From Halomonas fontilapidosi (GTDB lineage: Bacteria > Pseudomonadota > Gammaproteobacteria > Pseudomonadales > Halomonadaceae): a stretch of DNA of 24,000 nucleotides. The stretch is from positions 106,098 to 130,097 of the forward strand of contig NZ_JACHXQ010000010.1 in NCBI RefSeq assembly GCF_014192285.1, written 5' to 3'. Shown one piece after another: positions 18,494 through 24,000 of this stretch. The position numbers and the translations under genes were made by a program. The notes under the pieces were generated by a model. That model did not search any database. It was not told the DNA's origin and saw nothing but the letters and a program-made list of their open reading frames with translations. Within the stretch, counting starts at the first letter, position 1, and the number at the start of each line of letters is the position of its first letter.

Positions 18494-19682
18494 GGTATTT
18501 CTGATTTCTGGCCTGGCCCTGGCGCTGGCCGGCTGCGCCGCCCAGCAGGGCGAGAGCGGGCCGGTTCAGGTCCGCGACCTGTCGGCCAGTCGGGCGGACA
18601 CCACGCCCGCCGAATACACCGTTCAAGCCGGCGATACGCTCTACGGCATCGCCTGGCGCCATGACATGGACTATCGCGACCTGGCCCGCCTCAATCGCAT
18701 CGGTCCGCCCTACCGCATCGAGCCCGGCCAGCGGCTGCAGTTGGGTGGCGAGGGGAGTGCCACCATGGCCTCCGCTCGAGATGGCGGCGAGAGTGGATCC
18801 GGCCAGAGCGCGTCCGGTGAGCGCGGCGTCGTGGCCACCGGTCTTGGTGGCGGGACGTCGGCGAGCGACGAGGAGCTCGACTGGTTGCTGCCCGACGAGA
18901 GCGCCATCGAGCGCAACCGGCGCCTCTCGACCGAGCGCCAGGAGGACGATGACTCGCCCCAGGCGCCCAGCCAGGCGGCCATGGAGAGTGCCGATGACGT
19001 CTCGGGCAGCGATCAGGGGCCGGGGCCGATCTACAGCTACGACAGCCCGGGAGCGGACGGCAGCCTGAGCGAGCGCGACCTGGCCGAACGCCGGGAACGG
19101 GCATCACGCGCGGAGGAGGAGGGGTCGCAGGCCGCCGACGCGGCGACACGCAGCGGTCCCCCAGCGGACAGCGCGGCAGCCGAGGACGAGGCCGCCCAGG
19201 TCGAACGGGCATCGACGCAAGAGGACGCCGCTGGCGCCGATGCCGGTACCTCGGTGGCCGGTCAGCCGGCCTCCGAACAGCGCGGCGAGCGTCGCTATAC
19301 CCCGGTGGACGAAGTGGCCTGGCAGTGGCCGGTCGAGGGTGACGTGATCGGCCAGTTCGGCGAGGGCGGGAGCATCACCGCCGGCATTGATATCGCCGGA
19401 CAAAAGGGGCAACCTGTCAAGGCAGCTGGCCCAGGCATCGTGGTCTATGCGGGTAGCGGCGTCAGGGGCTATGGCAACCTGATCCTGCTCAAGCACAACA
19501 ACCAGTTCCTGAGTGCCTATGCCCACAACGAGACCCTGAACGTCAAGGAAAATGATGTGGTCGAGGCCGGTGAGGTCATCGCCACCATGGGCGACAGCGA
19601 TGCCGAGGACGTCAGGCTGCACTTCGAGGTGCGCAAGGATGGCCAGCCCCAAAATCCCCTCGAGTTTCTGCCGGCCCGCTGA
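18486..19682 (+). CDS. nlpD: NlpD-like lipoprotein: LysM domain plus degenerate M23 (LytM) domain, amidase-activator type
   Basis: MHKVFLISGLALALAGCAAQQG lipobox; EYTVQAGDTLYGIAWRHDMDYRDLARLNRI LysM; low-complexity linker; C-terminal AGIDIAGQKGQPVKAAGPGIVVYAGSGVRGYGNLILLKHNNQFLSAYAHNE...RLHFEVRKDGQPQNP. Directly upstream of rpoS. Confidence 0.93.
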   Translation: MHKVFLISGLALALAGCAAQQGESGPVQVRDLSASRADTTPAEYTVQAGDTLYGIAWRHDMDYRDLARLNRIGPPYRIEPGQRLQLGGEGSATMASARDGGESGSGQSASGERGVVATGLGGGTSASDEELDWLLPDESAIERNRRLSTERQEDDDSPQAPSQAAMESADDVSGSDQGPGPIYSYDSPGADGSLSERDLAERRERASRAEEEGSQAADAATRSGPPADSAAAEDEAAQVERASTQEDAAGADAGTSVAGQPASEQRGERRYTPVDEVAWQWPVEGDVIGQFGEGGSITAGIDIAGQKGQPVKAAGPGIVVYAGSGVRGYGNLILLKHNNQFLSAYAHNETLNVKENDVVEAGEVIATMGDSDAEDVRLHFEVRKDGQPQNPLEFLPAR

Positions 19683-19803
19683 CCCTAAGGGTCAGCCAGT
19701 CGCCGAGGCAGGAGAAATGGGGTAACCATACAATAATAACGTCGCGCGTCGGTCGTCCGGCCTGGACTCACGACGCCTGGTCGCAACCATGGGGTAGCAA
19801 TTG

Positions 19804-20817
19804 ATGAGCATGCTTGAACGGGATCTTCAGGATGTGAATCTGGCATCCGCCGACGAGGCGGACGAGGATGCCGCCGAGACCGAGAACGAGCTGGAACGGG
19901 AGGATATCGAGGAAGAGGAGACGGTCGTCGGCGATGAGGAAGCCTTCGAGAAAGCGCTGAATCGCGAGGACCGCCATCAACGTCACAGCCTCGATGCCAC
20001 CCAGATCTACCTCAACGAGATTGGTTTTTCGCCGCTGCTGACGCCGGAAGAAGAGGTCCACTATGGCCGACTGGCGCGGCAGGGAGACCCGGCCGGCCGG
20101 GCAAGAATGATCGAGTCCAACCTGCGTCTGGTGGTGAAGATCGCCCGGCGCTACCTCAACCGTGGCCTGACACTTCTCGACCTGATCGAGGAGGGTAACC
20201 TGGGCCTGATCCGCGCGGTGGAGAAGTTCGACCCCGAGCGCGGTTTCCGTTTCTCCACCTATGCCACCTGGTGGATCCGCCAGACCATCGAGCGGGCGCT
20301 GATGAACCAGACCCGCACCATCCGGCTGCCGATCCACGTGGTCAAGGAACTCAACATCTACCTGCGGGCCGCTCGTGAGCTGACCCAGAAGCTGGACCAC
20401 GAGGCCACCGCCGAGGAGGTCGCCGACTACCTCGACAAGCCGGTGGAGACCGTCAAGAAGATGATGGGCCTCAACGAGCGGGTCTCCTCCGTCGACTATC
20501 CGATGGGCAGCGAGAGCGACAAGCCGCTGATCGAGACCCTGGCCGACGACAATGACCAGGGCCCGGAGTCCACCCTGGTCGACGGCGACGTGCGCCAGCA
20601 TGTCGATGAGTGGCTGGCCGAGCTCACCGAGAAGCAGATGGAAGTGGTGGTGCGTCGCTTCGGCCTGCGTGGCCACGAGGCCGCGACCCTAGAGCAGGTC
20701 GGCGAGGAGATCGGCCTGACGCGCGAGCGTGTCCGCCAAATCCAGGTGGAAGCGCTCAAGAAGCTGCGTCGCATGCTCGACAAGCAGGGCCTCTCGCTGG
20801 ATGCCATCTTCGAGTAA
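19804..20817 (+). CDS. rpoS: RNA polymerase sigma factor RpoS
   Basis: [103 protein letters not shown]; context nlpD-rpoS. Confidence 0.97.
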   Translation: MSMLERDLQDVNLASADEADEDAAETENELEREDIEEEETVVGDEEAFEKALNREDRHQRHSLDATQIYLNEIGFSPLLTPEEEVHYGRLARQGDPAGRARMIESNLRLVVKIARRYLNRGLTLLDLIEEGNLGLIRAVEKFDPERGFRFSTYATWWIRQTIERALMNQTRTIRLPIHVVKELNIYLRAARELTQKLDHEATAEEVADYLDKPVETVKKMMGLNERVSSVDYPMGSESDKPLIETLADDNDQGPESTLVDGDVRQHVDEWLAELTEKQMEVVVRRFGLRGHEAATLEQVGEEIGLTRERVRQIQVEALKKLRRMLDKQGLSLDAIFE

Positions 20818-20830
20818 GGAACCCGCCGGC

Positions 20831-21934
20831 ATGACTCGGCCGCTGATCGCCGATATCGACCTAGACGCCCTGCGTCACAATTACCGCCTGGCCCGTGACC
20901 AGGCCCCCCACAGCCGCGCCGTTGCCGTGATCAAGGCCGATGCCTACGGCCATGGCGCGGTGGCCTGCGCCCGGGCGCTCGAGAGGCTGGCGCCGGCGTT
21001 TGCCGTGGCCTGCCTCGAGGAAGCCGAGGTCCTGCGCGAGGGCGGCATCACGGCGCCCATCGTGCTGCTCGAGGGCATCTTCGAGGCCGCCGAGCTGGAG
21101 CGGGTCGAGGCGCTGAAGCTATGGATGGCGGTACACGCCGACTGGCAGTTGGAGGCGCTGCTCGCCTATCGTCCCGCGCGGCCCATTCCGGTGTGGGTCA
21201 AGGTGGATTCGGGCATGCACCGGTTGGGCTTCCCGCCGGAACAGGCCGAGGCGGTCTGGTCGCGCCTCGTCGCGGCCCCCGACCGCGCCTGCGACTTGCA
21301 CCTGATGAGCCACTTCGCGACCGCCGATGCCCTGGAGTCGGGCTACTTTCGCCGTCAGCTCGAGCTGCTTGATGACCTGGCAAGTCGGCTCGAGGCCCCC
21401 ACCTGCCTCGCCAACTCGCCCGCCACCCTGGCCTGGCCCGAGGCGCATGGCGCCTGGAACCGCCCGGGAGTGATGCTCTACGGCAGCGACCCGCTGGAGG
21501 CCTCCAACGAGGCCAGCCGTCGGCTGGCGCCGGTCATGACCCTGCGCTCCGAGATCATCGCCGTACGCGAGCTCGCGGCAGGCGAGCCGGTGGGCTATGC
21601 TGGGCGCTGGCGGACGCCACGCCCCTCGCGGATTGGCGTGGTCGCCTGTGGCTATGGTGATGGCTATGATCGGCACGCGGTCGACGGTACCCCGGTGATG
21701 GTCAATGGTCAGCGCGCCAGCCTTGCCGGCAAGGTTTCCATGGACATGCTCACGGTGGATATCACCGAGATCCCCGAGGCCGAGATTGGCAGTGAAGTCG
21801 TGCTCTGGGGGCGCGCCGCGAACGGCCAGATTCTCCCGGTGGACGAGGTGGCCCGCCATTGCGGCACCATCAGCTACACCCTGCTCACCGGGGTGCTGCC
21901 AAGGGTGCCCAGGCGCTACCATGGGGCACACTGA
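20831..21934 (+). CDS. alr: Alanine racemase
   Basis: MTRPLIADIDLDALRHNYRLARDQAPHSRAVAVIKADAYGHGAVACARAL (PLP lysine motif), VNGQRASLAGKVSMDMLTVDIT, GTISYTLLTGV. Confidence 0.95.
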   Translation: MTRPLIADIDLDALRHNYRLARDQAPHSRAVAVIKADAYGHGAVACARALERLAPAFAVACLEEAEVLREGGITAPIVLLEGIFEAAELERVEALKLWMAVHADWQLEALLAYRPARPIPVWVKVDSGMHRLGFPPEQAEAVWSRLVAAPDRACDLHLMSHFATADALESGYFRRQLELLDDLASRLEAPTCLANSPATLAWPEAHGAWNRPGVMLYGSDPLEASNEASRRLAPVMTLRSEIIAVRELAAGEPVGYAGRWRTPRPSRIGVVACGYGDGYDRHAVDGTPVMVNGQRASLAGKVSMDMLTVDITEIPEAEIGSEVVLWGRAANGQILPVDEVARHCGTISYTLLTGVLPRVPRRYHGAH

Positions 21935-21956
21935 TCGCCGCAGCACGGGAAGCCGC

Positions 21957-22874
21957 ATGACCCGGGACGAGTCCCCTCAGCCCAATTTCGCCCATCCACG
22001 CTACTGGCCGGTATGGCTAGCCATCGGTGCCATGTATGTCGCCGCCTGGCTGCCCTGGCGTCTCAAGCTCTGGATCGGAAAGCTGATCGGCCTGGCCGCC
22101 TGGCGCTTCGCGAAGCGCCGGCGCCACATCACCGAGACCAATATCCGTCTGTGCTTTCCCGAGTTGGACGAGGCGCAGCAGGCCAGGCTGGTGCGCGAGA
22201 CCTTTATCGCCAACGGTATCGGCATTATGGAGACCGCCACCGGCTGGTGTCGCGATCCAGAGCATCTGCGCCACCGCGTCACCTTCAAGGGCCAGCAGCA
22301 CATGGCCAGGGTGCAGGCCGAGGGCAGGGGGGCGCTGATCATCGGGGTGCACTTCTCGACCCTGGACCTGGGGGCCGCCCTGCATGCGCTCTACTTCCGC
22401 GCCGACGCCGTGCAGCGTCCCCACGACAACCCGGTCTTCGACCGCTTCATGGCCCGCGCTCGGGCCCCCTACTTTGATGAGGTCCTCGACCGTCACGATC
22501 TGCGCGGCGTGGTGCGTCGTATCAAGGCCGGTTATGCGGTCTGGTACTCCCCGGACCAGGACTTCGGCCGCGACGTCAGCGTCTTCGCCCCCTTCTTCGG
22601 TATCGACGCCGCCTCCATCAAGCTCACTGCCAAGATCGCCCGCATGACCGGGGCTCCCGTCATGCCGCTGATCTTCCACCGCAATCCGGACAACCGCACC
22701 TACACCCTGGAGTATCTGCCGCCGCTGGAAGACTTCCCCAGTGGCGACGAACTGGCCGATGCGACACGGGTGAATGCCGTCATCGAACAGGCGATTCGCA
22801 AGCATCCGGAGCAGTACCTCTGGCTGCATCGCCGCTTCAAGACCCGCCCCCAAGGCGAACCCAAGCTCTACTGA
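21957..22874 (+). CDS. LpxL/HtrB-family lysophospholipid (lipid A) acyltransferase
   Basis: MTRDESPQPNFAHPRYWPVWLAIGAMYVAAWLPWRLKLWIGKLIG...RRRHITETNIRLCFPELDEAQQARLVRETFIANGIGIMETATGW...GALIIGVHFSTLDLGAAL...QYLWLHRRFKTRPQGEP. ATG 21921 is an alternative start. Confidence 0.92.
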   Translation: MTRDESPQPNFAHPRYWPVWLAIGAMYVAAWLPWRLKLWIGKLIGLAAWRFAKRRRHITETNIRLCFPELDEAQQARLVRETFIANGIGIMETATGWCRDPEHLRHRVTFKGQQHMARVQAEGRGALIIGVHFSTLDLGAALHALYFRADAVQRPHDNPVFDRFMARARAPYFDEVLDRHDLRGVVRRIKAGYAVWYSPDQDFGRDVSVFAPFFGIDAASIKLTAKIARMTGAPVMPLIFHRNPDNRTYTLEYLPPLEDFPSGDELADATRVNAVIEQAIRKHPEQYLWLHRRFKTRPQGEPKLY

Positions 22875-22899
22875 CGCCGGCTGGCCGCGATCAGGCCGG

Positions 22900-24000
22900 C
22901 TAACGGTCAGGGAGCGCTGCCGGGAGCGAGAGCCGATGGAGGCCGTCGTCCAGGCGCGCCGAGACGAAACGTCTGTCCAGCGGATGGCCCGCCGCGTGGG
23001 ACAGCGTCTCCACCACTCGGTCGGCATGGGCCTGGAGGATGTCGAGATCCTGTTGCTCGGCGAACAGAGAGAGGGTCTTCAGGGCCTTGAGCACCCCGAG
23101 GCCGATGCTCAGATCATCCCTGCCGTAGCGCAGGATGGGCTGGAAGAGCCGGTAGAGCAGGCTCTCGAAGTCCTCTACCTGCCAGGTGACCCGGCAGGTT
23201 CCGTCCTGGTCGAAGAGCGCGTCGCAGGGCCGCCACTCAAGGCGTCGGCGCAACAGGTCGGTCAGGCGATGCAGGCAGAGGCGGGCGGTCCCGGGGTCGT
23301 TGATGCCCGGTGAGAGGGCCTTCAGCGCGACCTCCATCAGCTGGGTCATGCCGAACACGTGGTGCTCGGTGATCGATTCTCCCTCCACGTAGGTCAGGGT
23401 GGCCCGGACCTCGTCGCACCAGCTCGCCTCGGGAAGCGCCGCGGCCTCCAGCGAGAGGATCGGCAGCCCCTCTACCACGTAGTCGCCGAAGCGGAAATGA
23501 AGGTGCACGACGCCGTCGACCCGGCGCGCCAGGTCGGCCAGGGCGGTGAGGTCGGCATTCTGCAGGTAGCCGGCGCGGTGGGCATGCACGGTATGCTGGC
23601 GATGGCCGGATGACGGGGCAACCGCCAGGATGCGCCACTCCTTGCTCTGCTGGCGAGACTGCAGCCTCTCCATGGAGGCGAGCGTGGACTGGTGCAGATC
23701 GGCGGCCACGGCATCGATCTGGATCGATTGCGAGGCGTTGTGGATGAAATAGACGAACAGCGCCAGGCAGTGGACCACCATGGCGCAGGCCAGGTAAATC
23801 GCCAGCGAGCGCCAGGTCGCCTGGCCCTCGGCGACGTCCGGGACCATCAGCAGCATCAGGGTGAAGAGGATGGTGCCCAGGTAATGGCCCAGCACCCACT
23901 GATGGGGGCGCTCCGAGATCAGGCCGAACACCAGCTTGTGGGAAAACTGCCCGCCGGCCTGCGAGAGCACCGACATCACCATGGAGAAGCTGAAGACCAT
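22900..24000 (-). CDS. DUF2254 family membrane protein, C-terminal part, truncated by the window edge
   Basis: 366 aa open to the window end: SFSMVMSVLSQAGGQFSHKLVFGLISERPHQWVLGHYLGTILFTLMLL...GTARLCLHRLTDLLRRR... typical of DUF2254. Confidence 0.85.
   Translation of the reverse strand: MVFSFSMVMSVLSQAGGQFSHKLVFGLISERPHQWVLGHYLGTILFTLMLLMVPDVAEGQATWRSLAIYLACAMVVHCLALFVYFIHNASQSIQIDAVAADLHQSTLASMERLQSRQQSKEWRILAVAPSSGHRQHTVHAHRAGYLQNADLTALADLARRVDGVVHLHFRFGDYVVEGLPILSLEAAALPEASWCDEVRATLTYVEGESITEHHVFGMTQLMEVALKALSPGINDPGTARLCLHRLTDLLRRRLEWRPCDALFDQDGTCRVTWQVEDFESLLYRLFQPILRYGRDDLSIGLGVLKALKTLSLFAEQQDLDILQAHADRVVETLSHAAGHPLDRRFVSARLDDGLHRLSLPAALPDR

Noticed and set aside
22875-22920. GC-rich inverted sequences (GCCGGC...GCCGGC) between the convergent acyltransferase and DUF2254 genes
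   Set aside because: Could be a bidirectional terminator, but the stem is imperfect and there is no T-run on either side; too weak to call.
21119-23027. Minus-strand ORFs of 279 and 336 aa opposite alr and the acyltransferase gene
   Set aside because: Antisense shadows of well-supported CDSs.

Overview
Chromosomal window from a high-GC gammaproteobacterium; the gene content looks Halomonas-like, but that is inference. The left part is an Entner-Doudoroff block on the minus strand (edd-glk-hexose-6-phosphate mutarotase), followed by a coniferyl-type aldehyde dehydrogenase and a DUF482/GNAT-like protein. The right part is a conserved core: ftsB-ispD-ispF-truD-surE-pcm-DUF368-nlpD-rpoS-alr, then an LpxL-like acyltransferase and a DUF2254 membrane protein. 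The most interesting region lies between them, at about 6.2-13.2 kb. It has a VpsR/Fis-type sigma-54 activator, a terminator, a near-consensus -24/-12 (sigma-54) promoter, and six co-directional ORFs. The order of these ORFs matches fapABCDEF functional-amyloid operons: small exported protein, minor repeat protein, repeat protein with three ~38-aa Gly/Asn/Gln repeats, stand-alone C39-like protease, FapE-like exported protein, FapF-like outer-membrane beta-barrel. The set is divergent. It has no cysteines in the mature candidate subunits, a short barrel N-terminus, an RGR module shared by the first and fifth proteins, and a UUCG-capped hairpin between the C-like and D-like genes. All family calls come from reading motifs; no database search was run.
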